Part shown: positions 40,575 through 52,900 of the stretch, piece after piece
How positions within the stretch are numbered: position 1 is the stretch's first letter
Layout: every line of letters starts with the position of its first letter
Assembly (NCBI GenBank): GCA_951406725.2
Contig: OX597817.1
Coordinates: forward strand, 23,312,001 to 23,376,000
Length of the DNA stretch: 64,000 bases
Reading direction: 5' to 3'
Source of the DNA: Octopus vulgaris
Lineage: Eukaryota
Notes under the pieces: model-generated
What the model saw: the letters and a program-made list of their open reading frames with translations, nothing else
Database searches by the model: none
Told to the model about the DNA's origin: nothing
Made by a program: the position numbers and the translations under genes

Positions 40575-41118
40575 CAGGGTCAGGTAAAATGATCCGACAC
40601 ATTTGTAGATTAAATAAAAGGCAAATAAAGTAAAGAAACAAAAAAGTGTTTTTATTTTTGAAAAGTACATATAATGCCATTTTGTTTCATTATGTTTTAA
40701 AAATCAAATCAGTCAAATGGGATCCATTATTGTCCACACATTGTCGAAGGCGTTCACGAAATTTGTCAATAACTCGGCGGGTCATTTCATGTGGAATGGC
40801 AGTAATTTCTTGACGAAATGCATCTTTAAGTTCTGGCGGTGCGAGGTCGGCCGGTTGATTTTCGCTTCAATGGAGATCCAGTAGCTCTGAAGTTGGTAAC
40901 CCATAACAAGATCGTGTTTCGAGCTGGTACAGGATCATGTCTACCAAGATTGAAGTGCAAACGGAACGCTCTTTGTGTTGCAGTTACAGAATCGTTTGTT
41001 TTGATAAACGTTTCCACAATGAAAGCGCGATGCTCACCAGTCCAATTCATGGCAGCAACTGAAAAACAATGCCTTTTATTTAACCTACAAATGTGTCAGA
41101 TCATTTTGCCTGACCCTG
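40575..41118 (-). mobile_element. Internally deleted Tc1/mariner transposon (DUF4817-type N-terminal HTH)
   Basis: ~49-bp TIRs CAGGGTCAGG(T/C)AAAATGATC..., TA both sides; MNWTGEHRAFIVETF...TQRAFRLHF...GRPRTAR joined out of frame to C-terminus RERLRQCVDNNGSHL. Confidence 0.92.
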
Positions 41119-41658
41119 TACTATACAAGTAACTAGCGAATATATGATTTGGAAGCCTGCACGTTGATTTCGCTAATTGTTATACGTACTTGAGTAGACA
41201 GAAAACAATGACAATCTCTCAGTCTTTCATTTGACTTCAGCAAACGGCCTTCATGTATGTATTTAAAGTAGTGGTTGCTGTGGTTCATTTCTGTCGAGTA
41301 TAAAGAAAGAAGGTAAAATGAACTGACTTGGTTTGAAATACATCAGCACAAGAATGACGAATACTACGTGAGATTGCGAGCGCATGACATGAAACTCTAG
41401 CATCCATACACACATACAAGCAAATCCGTACACATGCACACACATACTTAGTCGTAGAATGTCAAATTGACTTGAAGGAGAGATCGTGGAAATGGGTTTC
41501 ACTGGCCTTCTAAGATCAGTGAAACTGATGCGGTTAACCTTCTACACAAGTTGTTGTAAATCGAAACCTTAGGGAAACGTATGAAAGTCAAATATTCAGG
41601 AGGAATAAGAAATACTGGCAATTAGGTTATTGCAAGGTTATTTATGTTTTATGTAGAA

Positions 41659-42051
41659 CTACCAGTATCGCCCGGCGTTGCTTGGGTTTGTAAGGGAAAT
41701 AACTATACAGCATTTTTAGAAAGTTATAGCCAAAAAATAGCAAAAAAATGCATTAAAAATGGAAAAAATATGATGGTAATTGTTTTTTAAATCGTTGACT
41801 CATCGTAGACATTTTTAGAGAGTTACTTCCCTTAAAAAAAATATGCATGAAAATGGAAAAAAATGATGGTAAATTATTTTTAAAATCGTAGACTCATCGT
41901 AGACGCGCGCTAATACCCAGAAGGGCTCGATATGAATCACGACTATAAGATACCCGGTTTTGGTTAAACTGCACCGCAAAATGTGGGAGTAGTTAGGAAT
42001 CTAAATCGAAGGGGACAGACACTCACACAACTACAGTTTTATATATAAAGA
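41659..42051 (-). mobile_element. Non-autonomous Helitron (same family as 30982-31377)
   Basis: Closely similar sequence; terminal CTAG mutated to GTAG. Confidence 0.85.
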
Positions 42052-42894
42052 TATGTGTGACCAGCGGAACACGATTTTGTAAGTCTATAGTAGCTAAAAG
42101 ATGATATTAGAGTATCCATAACTGAGGAACAGAAACAAATGAGTAACGGTAGAAAAACCAGGAATGATCGGGAGTAAATCTATGTACCAGAAACCATAAT
42201 ATGTTACGATATTGATTTTAATACGGCCGATGATATCCGTTTGAATATTAGTTGCAGATGTAAAATACCAATACATTATCCATTTAACTGAGATTTAATG
42301 ATGGCTAGCAGTTGTGTGTGAGCACTTCTGAAGATGTGTGCTTGTCTTTCAGGTGGAATATTTACTGTGTTAATAATATAACATTGCAAGCAAGTACCTT
42401 CATTAATAACTAGGACTTGGCAAACAATAAAGTTTGCGAGAAAACACAATTTTCCTGAATTCAATGTAGTAAGTTTTGAAGGTTATTCATTATAGGTTAT
42501 CGGTCTAGATTATATGTGATAGGTTTAGGTTACATGGAAATGGCAGAATTTATAGTTCAGATAGAATTCAAACAGTTGTTACTGTAGTGTTTCTACATGA
42601 TTCTGAGTAGTTTCAGTCTCCAAACAAATGTATTCAGTAAAAAGCATTTAACATGATAATTTCCCCCCTGCAACTCACACTTGTAAGCATATGGTGGAAA
42701 AATAATATCTATACTATGCAATCCTATATACGCCCATCAGTAAACTTAATCCGATGTCATGTTGTAAGCACAGAGTAGGAGCTAAGCTTCTCGAAGTTGA
42801 ATCCTTTTTATCATCTTCAGTTTGCTTTATAGTTTCACTTCTTTGAACTGTTCGGAATGTCCTTATATTTCTATGATTTTCTGACAGCAATTTG

Positions 42895-42947
<53 letters not shown>

Positions 42948-42993
42948 CAAAGTGGAGTTGTAGGGTACCGCACGAGTGGAATTATAACGAAAG

Positions 42994-43258
42994 AAGGTTT
43001 GAAAATGCAATTTTAAAAGATGTTTATTTACTTTACCGGTTTAACTCTTTGGAAAAAGATTGTCAAATGTAACATGTAGAAGTTTGGTTGCGTTAATTAT
43101 TGGTTGTTACAAAATGCTACATTACATATATACAGTCTTTGGTAACAACCAATAATTAACGCAACCAAACTTCTACATGTTACTTTTGACAATCTTTTTC
43201 CAAAGAGCGAAACCGGTAAAGTAAATAAACATCTTTTAAAATTGCATTTTCAAACCTT
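42994..43258. repeat. Long palindrome (117-bp arms, 31-bp spacer), probably inverted Penelope pLTRs
   Basis: 42994-43110 is the reverse complement of 43142-43258 with 3 mismatches; (TA)n tract at 42900-42946. Confidence 0.92.
43180..43224 (+). ncRNA. Minimal type I hammerhead ribozyme-like motif (U3:A8 core, GUA site)
   Basis: TTACTT-TTGACAA-TCTTTTTCCAAAGAGC-GAAA-CCGG-TA-AAGTAA: 6-bp stem I, palindromic ACCGGT stem III; stem II closing pair non-canonical. Confidence 0.6.
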
Positions 43259-43779
43259 ATTTCTTAGATATATAATACATTCGTTTTTCTAGTTAAGTAA
43301 TACATACAAAACTTCATCTTATACTCTTATCAAAATAATCATGCCAATTAAGTAATCAATATAATGAGGATAGGACACTAAAAATGTTATACTAGTTTGC
43401 CGAGTTCTGTACTAAATAAAATAAATATAATTCAGAGTAGTTCAGGCATTGATGTGTGGTACGTATAGTATTCACCTCTGGGAAAAATACACTTCATACT
43501 TGTCTATCTCTAGCCTATGATATATTTCATAAGAAGTTAAGATATTGCAGTTTTTTTTTTATACAATGATAAAATCAAATGGATTGAGAGAAAGCACATG
43601 CGCCTATACCGAGCTGTTTTAACGTAGTAAATGTAACCCCTTGTACTGAGAGGTTTAGCATTCTGAAATTATGGCCATTAATAATTATTCACTTGGAGGA
43701 GAAATGCAACTACAACCGATTCATTTATATTTTTATGTGCATGAAATTCAATTAACAAAAGCAGTAGCAATGGACCCAA

Positions 43780-43780
43780 A

Positions 43781-43841
<61 letters not shown>

Positions 43842-43908
43842 GGTACTACTACTACTACTACTATTACTACTACTGCTACTACTACTACTAATAATAATAA
43901 TGATAATA

Positions 43909-43992
<84 letters not shown>
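43780..43992. repeat. (ACT)n then (AAT/GAT)n microsatellite
   Basis: Direct reading. Confidence 0.97.
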
Positions 43993-44187
43993 GTACTACA
44001 TGCGCGTGCACAGACATGAATATTCAAGTCATGTCCGAACAAAGTTTTTAAGTTTCATATAAAAAACAATTAATTGTTGGAAAAATTTAATTAAAAACTC
44101 CTTATAATATCTAATAAAGACTGCAACGTACGACTAGTAGATTTAAGTGTACGATCTATATAGCTCCGTGTCTACGTGTCTATCACG

Positions 44188-44445
44188 GAGGCGCGTTTGT
44201 TAGGGATTCGATGTTGCTCTCACGATAGCAACATTGTGGTTTCGATTCTTGGGCCAAGAGGTATTTGATTTTCAGCAAAGCAATTCACTTCATGTTATTC
44301 ACTTCACACAGCTGCCAAAAAATAAGTAATTCTGCGACGAACCGCTGCCCTGTTTAGGTGTGTGTATGCGGGTCGATATATATATACACCACAAATTCTG
44401 AGAAGCCGGACTTATGAGACTATTGCTTGGGAAGAAACTTTGATC
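44188..44445 (+). mobile_element. Degenerate tRNA-derived SINE (family D)
   Basis: GGAGGCGCG...TTAGGG...CACGAT...ATTGTGGTTTCGATTC similar to the head at 1-98. Confidence 0.65.
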
Positions 44446-44548
44446 CACTTTTGTTCTCTATCTATCAAATAATATTTCATGGTATCTACAAACAACACAA
44501 CACAACTCATATATTCTCTTTAACACATATGAAAATGTAGTCAACAAA

Positions 44549-44766
44549 TTAATAGTTATCGCCATACTAATATGGCAGTCTTATAAATATAAGACTAAAG
44601 CTGTCGCTGGTTAGCTCCATGAGGCCACCGCCTCAAGCTAGCTATTTGACACACTAACCTGCGTCCATATTTATAAGACTGTCATATTAGTATGGCGGTA
44701 ACTATTAATTTCCAGTAACGCTGCCGTAATCTCCTTTAGAGAGACTTAGTAATTTTAATATTTCTA
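44549..44766. mobile_element. Unclassified 218-bp insertion with 12-bp TSD and 45-bp inverted repeat
   Basis: GTAGTCAACAAA at 44537-44548 and 44767-44778; 44546-44590 complementary to 44667-44711. Confidence 0.75.
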
Positions 44767-45128
44767 GTAGTCAACAAAATTTTGCTTAAACCCTCCAACT
44801 GTTTATCATATTTTAAACAAAATCATTTTTCACAGTGAAATGCATGATTTGGAAATGTTTCGTAATTTTCATATATATTCGAGTTTATACTTCATATCAT
44901 TTCATAACTGACACTTGCTTACTTCACCTTTTGGCTCTATCCTAGGTTTTCCATTATTGACGTCTGACCTTCAGTCATGTTGCATGTCTTGTCAGCATTT
45001 TCACTTCGTGTATGCCATATTGACACATATGCATATTCATAAGAAGACTATATGATATAATGATATCAAAGCAACTCAGTCCAATGTAAATGATGCTACC
45101 TTAAAGATAGCGCGTTCGCACTAGTACA

Positions 45129-45129
<1 letters not shown>

Positions 45130-45216
<87 letters not shown>

Positions 45217-45218
45217 AA
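45130..45218. repeat. (CA)n/(TA)n microsatellite
   Basis: Direct reading. Confidence 0.97.
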
Positions 45219-45489
45219 TACAAAGTAATAATTATTAAATAGAAAATTTATACCAGTGGTTAGCGTGCATAATGAAAGTCAGGAAACATAAATATTTTTT
45301 ATCACATAATAGTGTATAAGAATTTACACACGGAGTAAAGACCACCATGTGTACTCCTTATATGCTAAAGAGGGCAGCCAAAACCCAAACGACGAAAAAG
45401 ACATTCTTATTGCACGTTTATTGTAACCCACCAGGACAGTTGAATGAATAAAAATCTCTGTTAACACTATACCCTTGAGTTTCACCATT

Positions 45490-45915
45490 ACTCTCTCTCT
45501 TTTACTCGTTTACTTGTTTCAGTCATTTGACTGTGGCCATGCTGGAGCACCGCCTTTAATCGAGCAACTCGACCCCGGGACTTATTCTTTTGTAAGCCCA
45601 GTACTTATTCTATCGGTTTCTTTTGCCGAACCGCTAAGTAACGGGGACATAAACACACCAGCATCGGTTGTCAAGCAATGCTAGGGGGACAAACACAGAC
45701 ACCCACACACACACACCCACACACACACATATATATATATATACATATGTACGACAGGCTTCTTTCAGTTTCCGTCTACCAAATCCACTCACAAGGCTTT
45801 GGTCGGCCCGAGGCTATAGTAGAAGACACTTGCCCAAGGTGCCACGCAGTGAGACTGAACCCGGAACCATGTGGTTGGTAAACAAGCTACTTACCACACA
45901 GCCACTCCTGCGCCT
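45490..45915 (-). mobile_element. Full-length SINE family C
   Basis: Head AGGCGCAGGAGTGGCTGTGTGGTAAG...GGTTCAGTC; internal TA/TG tract; tail CAGTCAAATGACTGAAACAAGTAAA. Confidence 0.92.
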
Positions 45916-46699
45916 AATTTAATTGATTTATTTGATGTAATTGATTTATTTGATTAATGATCAAATAAATCAATTAAATGCATTTAATGTTCACATGGAA
46001 GTCAATAGTAAAATGTCTTTTGTGTTAGCGATCTCTGTATCAAGGAAATATTTTGCTGGCGTGTAATCTTCCGTATGCCATAGGATTCCCTCAATACTTT
46101 GACACGTTTCATATAAAAACGCATGCGCACAAAAGTAATATATACATATTGTACAGTTGCCATGGATACATTTGAGCACGCAACACAACAGACTCACATA
46201 TAATTAAACTGTGTGTGTGTGCGCGCGCTGTTGTGTGTGTATGTGTGTATGTATATGTATGTGTGTATGTGAGTGTGTATATGTGTATGTGTGTGCGTGT
46301 GCGATACACATATGTAATTGTTATGTTATGCGCTCATCAACAGTCAATATTTACTCCGTTCTAAATTCATCTATTATCTCTCGTGTTTCGTCCTCATCTT
46401 GTTTTCTGCTTGTATTTTTAAGAATTCATTTTATATTTCAACAAGGCGTCTTTGTAAATATTATTTTTGTATCTGTCTTTACATATGTACTCACTTATCT
46501 CCTACTTTTCAGTTATACGAAATATTTCTTTGAAAACGATCAATATGTAGGAGGAAACTAGTTGTGATGTACATATGCAAACACAGTTACATAAAAGAAA
46601 GAGTTTTTATACAAACCTTGTTTCAAATTTCTAGCTTCCGAAACCATATTTTTTTTTTTACTCAAGAAACATATTTTGTATTTCAGTATATTCATTACG

Positions 46700-46985
46700 T
46701 TAAGAGTAAAGTGTAAAGATCTTCGGTTACGAATGACCAGAGGATTGCACCTGAAAACTTCCCCTCTGAGGCCATAGCCTGACCAAGAACGGACGGTTGC
46801 GTGAAAGCGGTGGCCACCGCGGGGCTGCGGGCGGCTTTGGCGGTCGTCGGCACTGCAGCGCGGCCGAAGCCGGAGACATGCACCTGCCGTCTCGTACCCC
46901 TTAATGTAGTCTGGAATCCTTTGAGGTGCGACGGTCACCTAGAAGCGTGACTGTTCCGCGTGACCCGACCCGTAAACGAACGAAT
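46700..46985 (-). mobile_element. GC-rich retroelement 3' end (unclassified)
   Basis: CpG-rich segment ending on the minus strand in GGTCATTCGTAACCGAAGATCTTTACACTTTAC, a short-repeat tail. Confidence 0.45.
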
Positions 46986-46994
46986 GATTGCTTG

Positions 46995-47251
46995 TTGAAG
47001 ACCAGCAGTCACCCATGCTTACCAGTCACTCCTCTCCACGCCACCAATGTTTTCCAAGTGAAAGACAAAGGCTCAATACAGCTTGGCATCAGTGACGTCG
47101 CAGCTCATTTCGACTGCTGAGTGACCTAGAGCAACGTGAAATACAGTGTCTTGTTCAAAGAGCGCAACGTGCAACTCGAACCGGGAATCAAACTCACAAC
47201 CTCGCGATTGTAAGTCCGATGCTCTTACCACCAAACCACGTGCTGCCTTCA
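46995..47251 (-). mobile_element. Diverged tRNA-derived SINE
   Basis: Minus head ...CACGTGGTTTGGTGGTAAGAGCATCGGACTTACAATCGCGAGGTTGTGAGTTTGATTCCCGG (A/B boxes). Confidence 0.75.
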
Positions 47252-47513
47252 CATTACATATTACACATAATTAAATACACTTATATAAATAGCTATTTGG
47301 CAGTTTTGCTTTTCTTTTTCTTTCTTTACTGTTTTAACATGTTGAGAATAACAATACTAATGGAATGCAAACGCTTCGTTAGAACAGTTAGTTCTGAGGA
47401 GTTAACTTCAGTTTTGAGCATTTTTCAATTCGACAACTTTGGGGCACATATGTGCGGCTAAGGATTTCTTGAAAACTGACTGTTGGGATGGAGTAAACTT
47501 GATGTGCGTAGAC

Positions 47514-47732
47514 CAGTGGTTTTCAACCAGTGTTCCGCGGAACGTTAGGGTTCCGCCAGTACAGTCCAGGGGTTCCGCAAGAAGTTACAAAACTGCTAAA
47601 ATCGGCAGTAATTTTTAATTCTCCTGTGCAGATATGTGTGCATAAGACTATTAAATTATTGCACAGAGATTCCTCGAGCCAGTGGAATGCTTCCTTGGGG
47701 TTCCGCTCCAGCAAACAGTTTGAAAAGCACTG
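47514..47732. mobile_element. hAT (Charlie/Buster-type) MITE
   Basis: Perfect 8-bp TSD GCGTAGAC (47506-47513, 47733-47740); TIRs CAGTGGTTTTCAA / TTGAAAAGCACTG. Confidence 0.93.
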
Positions 47733-49342
47733 GCGTAGACAATACTTTTGACACGAAGGTAAGAGGTTATTGAGCCGCGGTTGGCTGTGGTGACGTGGCA
47801 AAAGACCAGCAAGCTCTAAAGAGTAGAGAGTAGTTGGAGTGGTAGTCTCTATTTAGATCTGAGTTGGAGTGCTTTGGGGAGTAACATGGGAATCGGTTGC
47901 GTGGGCTTTCGTGCATGGGCTTTACGATATTTGTGTGTGTGGAGGGGGCGAGCGAGAAATGGTGAGGGAGAGAGTGAGAGCATCGCCATGCCAGGTGCTG
48001 TGACGCTGTTACGTTTTGGTATCCCCTAAGCTTCTCAGAGAGCTGAAATTTGTATTATTTGGCTTCCAAAGGAAGCCCAATTTTTGCAGTTCTGTTATGG
48101 CTATGTTGAGAATGGACGTCAGCTATGCGCGATATCACTGCTGATATTGTCGAGCGCTTGATCACCTTTAATGAATGTAAGGGTTCTATTTGTATGGTAT
48201 GCATGTGGGACGGTCTTGCTATAATATTTTGAAGAATTGTATAGTCATTTAGTTTTTTCTTCTAATATAGAAGGAGAGTAAAATGTGATGAATTCATTGA
48301 AAAGTGCCTCTAGTATCTCCACAGTTTATGGATTCTTATGGTTAGGTAAATATATTTAAGTTCATCGGTGGTGGAATATTAGAAATGAGTGTAGCAATTT
48401 ATAATCTGCATAGTTGTAGGTGTTAGTTCAGATGGTGGTATATAGCAAATGACATGTTAAATAGTGAGTATATGGTAACACATCTAAATCCTGGAATGCA
48501 ACAAGGTTCAGAGAAGAGTGTGGTTCAGATATATCCCCGTTCTCACACGGTGCGATGCGACAAGAAATCGTCGGTCTAGAACATGAAAGACGGATAAAAC
48601 TTGGACGTGGGCTTGTGTGCTGAACATTGTCAGAAATGCAAGATTATTTTTGTTGTGAAAAATTTTATCTTTGTAATATATCTAACCAGTGTGTTGTATG
48701 GTATAATAAATTATTTTTACATATGAAGAGATATATTTCAAACTAGAACACTTATTGAACTGCTGAATGCGTCAAAATATTATTTGTCAAGTGCAGCAAT
48801 TCTTATATTTATCAGATGTCATTGGTTATACGTCCCTCAACACCCATCAGTATAGCTGTAGAGGTGATATTGATATTTTGCAAATACGTTAAACAAGTTA
48901 TATTTCTGTGAATACAAATTCCATTACAATACATATATGTCTGTGCAAATCACTCTTCACCAATATCTAATGTGTGAATTTAAAATATCGTGCAATCACT
49001 TCAAATATATAGAGGAAATATTCTCTCCATTTTATGAATTTCGCATAAGAAAGATCAGGAACAAACTAAATAACAGTTCATGTTAAAATATTCATAGTTT
49101 AGTTGTATAACAAATTATGTAGATATCCAAAATAATTTCAGTATACATGTGGCTGGGTCTCCAACAGATTTATAGTTCATCTCTCATACGTTTTCTATAC
49201 TATTATGTTGTTGTTATTCCGAAAATACAACACTTGTTCATCTCCGAGGAAGTGTAGATAAAGCATCTCTGGAAACAGGTGCGTTTTCAGAGATGTTTTA
49301 TCTCTGGAAATATTATTGGTTTAAAATTTTGATTTCAAATGT

Positions 49343-49741
49343 TACTCTCTTTACTCTTTACTCTTTTACTTGTTTCAGTCATTTGACTGCGGCCATGCTG
49401 GAGCACCGCCTTTAGTAGAGCAATTCGACCCCGGCACTTATTCTATGTAAGCCCATTACTTATTCTATCGGTCTCTTTTGCCGAACCGCTAAGTTACGGG
49501 GACGTAAACGCACCAGCAACGGTTGTCAAGCAATGCTAGGGGGACAAACACAGACACACAAACACATACGCACACACATATATATATATATACATATATA
49601 CGACAGGCTTCTTTCAGTTTCCGTCTACCAAATTCACTCACAAGGAATTGGCCGGCCCGGGGCTATAGCAGAAGACACTTGCCCAAGATGCCACGCAGTG
49701 GGACTGAACCCAGAACCATGTGGTTGGTTAGCAAGCTACTT
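49343..49741 (-). mobile_element. SINE family C, 3' part (5' head displaced to 55159-55198 by the Tx1 insertion)
   Basis: Colinear with 45490-45915 up to GGTTAGCAAGCTACTT; remainder ACCACACAGCCACTCCTGCGCCT resumes at 55175. Confidence 0.93.
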
Positions 49742-49969
49742 TATTTCATATAATTTGCCATTTAGGCATTTACAAAGAGGGGTCAAACAAGGACAGACAA
49801 ATATAAAGGGTGAAGTAGCTTAACACAGTTACAATTTTCGAATGAAATTACGGATAAGATTATAAACAATGAATTTTACGAAGGCAATGTTTAAAAATAT
49901 TGATGATCATGTCGAAGGACGGACACCCAGCCATCCGGGTAGAACCTTTACTTTCTGATCCGGTCACAC

Positions 49970-52900
49970 TTACGTGGTGCCAAACATACCCATCTTGTAT
50001 GCCACAGGCTTCCATCTTTTCACAAACATATCTCGTGACAGACACCTCTTCTCCAGCCTGATTTTGCTACTGAGGTGGTAACTAAAAAAGTTAATCAACC
50101 CCTGGCCGGAGACAAAGGTGCCTGTCACTATACCTTTCGTACGCTTCTTCCATACTGTTGCTTTCAGTATGGCTACTACACAGAAAAAACAAGCCTTTCT
50201 TTCCCTGTTAAGGAAAGGGGGCGGCACAATTTCGATGATAGACTCAGCTGATAGCTGTACTCTTCCCATCACTGACAACAGTTGTTCAACAAAAGCTATC
50301 AGTCCCGATAACTCCGGACACTCCACGAATGCGTGCAAGACGGTCTCCCTATCCTGCTCACATCGCGGGCATGTCGGCGAGACGGCACTACCGTGCCTTG
50401 ACAGCTTGTCGCGAACAGGTAAAGCCGCACGGAAACACTGCCAGGCCAGGGATTTCTGGTAATTATCCAGATACCCCGGCCCGAACGTCCTCCGGAACAG
50501 GTTGACCAACTGATTTTCATCGTAGCCCAGGGTCTCCCCCAAGGCGTCTTCGGACTTAATCTCCACTAACCCGCTATAGAAATCCGTGGTGGAACTCCTG
50601 CTGCCGGCGTTGCTCACCCGAGATAGTAGCTGGAGCCCCTGACGGCACTCCAAATGCCATTCACTCAGTTTAGGTCTCCGCTTGATCCATGCACCGATGT
50701 CCGTTGGGGATGTTAACTGGGGAAGGTAGAACCGGACGTGCGGTGACCACATCTGCTCTCCATCCAGGTAAAGCCAGAGGTGCCTCAACCTTAACGCGAG
50801 TTTTCGCATCCTCAGCCAAGGCATCCCTAGCCCACCCTTTAGCGGTTTCTGGCAGCAGACAGAGCGCTTTACAAGTGGCTTTCCTCCTTTCCAAAAAAAT
50901 CGGAAAAGTATTCTCTCCAACTTGTTCAGCCACAAATCAGGGCAAGGCACCACGGTCAGACGGTAGGTGATTACTGATGCTATAAACATCTGCACCACCT
51001 CCGCCTTCCCTAGCAGGGATAACGCCCGCCCGGACCAGGTCTGGGTTAGAGCGGTCACCTTGTTGGCCACCTCACTCCAATTTTTCTCAATCTGGAGGTC
51101 TGGCCCGAACCAGACTCCGAGCAGCTTAACAGGACCTTCCGTCCAACGCCCTACGATGTTATTGGACGGCATCGGCTTGCCCCTCCAGGTGCCGAGTTGC
51201 AAACCGACCGACTTGTCCTTGTTAACCTTTGCTTCTGCCACCGCCTCGTAGCTTTTGATGGCCTCTTCCACCACTGGAAGCTGGCCTTCGTCTGCCACGA
51301 TGATGGAGGTGTCATCCGCATACGCCGTAGCTCCTCTTCCACACCATAGATCATGCGGCGCACCCCTAGTGCCTCCAACTTCCGCAGCAAAGGCTCAAGA
51401 GCCAATACGTATAGGAGCGAGGACAGGGGACACCCTTGACGAACTGAACGCTCGATCCTGAACGGCTTCGAAAAGGAACCGTTCAACTTGACTACAGACT
51501 CGATGTCGCTATACAAAGCAGCGATCCAACCTCGAAAGGTCGGGCCTAGGCCAGCCTCTCCGAGGACCGCCGCCAGGTACCGATGGTCGACCCTATCAAA
51601 TGCTTTGGACTGGTCTAAATGTACCAGTGCTCCCCCTGCGCCAGAAAGCTTCCCCACCCTCTCTAAGGAGTAGCGTATAAGGTAGAGATTGTCGTGGATC
51701 GTTCTGCCTGGGATAGCGCACGTTTGCGCTTCCCCGACAAGTTTGTCCACGACCCGCGCCGACCTTTTTGCTAGCACCTTGGCCAGAATCTTTAACTCTG
51801 TGTTTAACAGAGTTATGGGCCTGAAGTTCCCTATCTCGTCCCCCTTGTTCCCCCCGCCCCGGCTCGCGGACTTGGGAATTCTCCCATTCTGCTGCCAGTT
51901 GGCGTAGACGCTAGCCAGCAGGTGCCCGAACAAGTCTGGCATACTTCTATAAGATTCATAGGGCAGACCATCGAGACCCGGCGACTTCTCCCCGGGGCAC
52001 TTGCCCAATACCTCGATTACTTCCTCGGCTGTGATTGGCCCTTCACAGCACTCAGCCTCTCGTGTCGAGAGGCGCGGGCCACCAGACAGGAAGTCCCTAA
52101 GGGCCTCACCATGATCCAGCGTCCCGCACCTCCCGAACAACTCGGCGAAGTGCTTGTGAAGTGCCTCACACATCTCGTCCCGCTTCTTGATCGTGCATCC
52201 GTTTTCATCAACAAGAGACCCAATTGTGGCATCGTTTCCATGCTGTGTTTCTATCGTACGGGCCCATCCGGCAACATTAATTCCCTCACGGCCCAATGCT
52301 CGTACTTTAGCCCGGACTCTACATCCCTCATGTTTGGTTTTGAGGTGACGGTCTAATGCCGTTCTCGCCGCTAAAATGTGAGATGCAGAGCCCAACCTCA
52401 ACGCCTCCTCTAAGTTCTTAACTAGTTGCCCTTCTATTCTAGCCCTATCTAGTCTTAGTTGTTTACTAAATCTAATGGACTCGAATCGAATGGCTCTTTT
52501 GAGGGTGAACCACCACCGGTTATTAACCACGGCTCCGGTTAACGCCCTCTGCACTAACACCTTAACCCGGCTACGGTATGCCTCGCGTGTCAAAATAGAC
52601 TTGTTCAGCTTCCAGTAGCCGGTTCCTATCTTAAGTGTGCTATCTATGTGCAGTCTACACGAGAACATTCTATGGTCAGTATAGGGCACCTGGACGAGCT
52701 GTGGACAACTAAAACTAGACTTATCTCTAGTTCTTATCACTATCCTGTCTAGATAAGACTTGAACCTTCCGTCGCCACTCATCCAGGTCCACTCTGAGAC
52801 GTTCGGATGGTCACGTCTGTAACGATCTGCCAGCTGAAACCGCTTAAGCAGATCCACGAGACGTGAGTTCACTTTCCTATAGATCGAGCCAACGCTATCG

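Noticed and set aside
43671-44051. Poly-Thr/Asn ORF and other low-complexity ORFs (YIYI, HTYI, poly-I, poly-F)
   Set aside because: Translations of microsatellites that lack stops in some frames.
47760-48520. Additional decayed Penelope/LINE coding remnant (also ~6230-6600 and ~59720-60320)
   Set aside because: Only faint motif resemblance; too degraded to classify or bound without a profile search.
50118-52356. Plus-strand ORFs overlapping Tx1 ORF2
   Set aside because: Antisense shadows of a GC-richer coding region.
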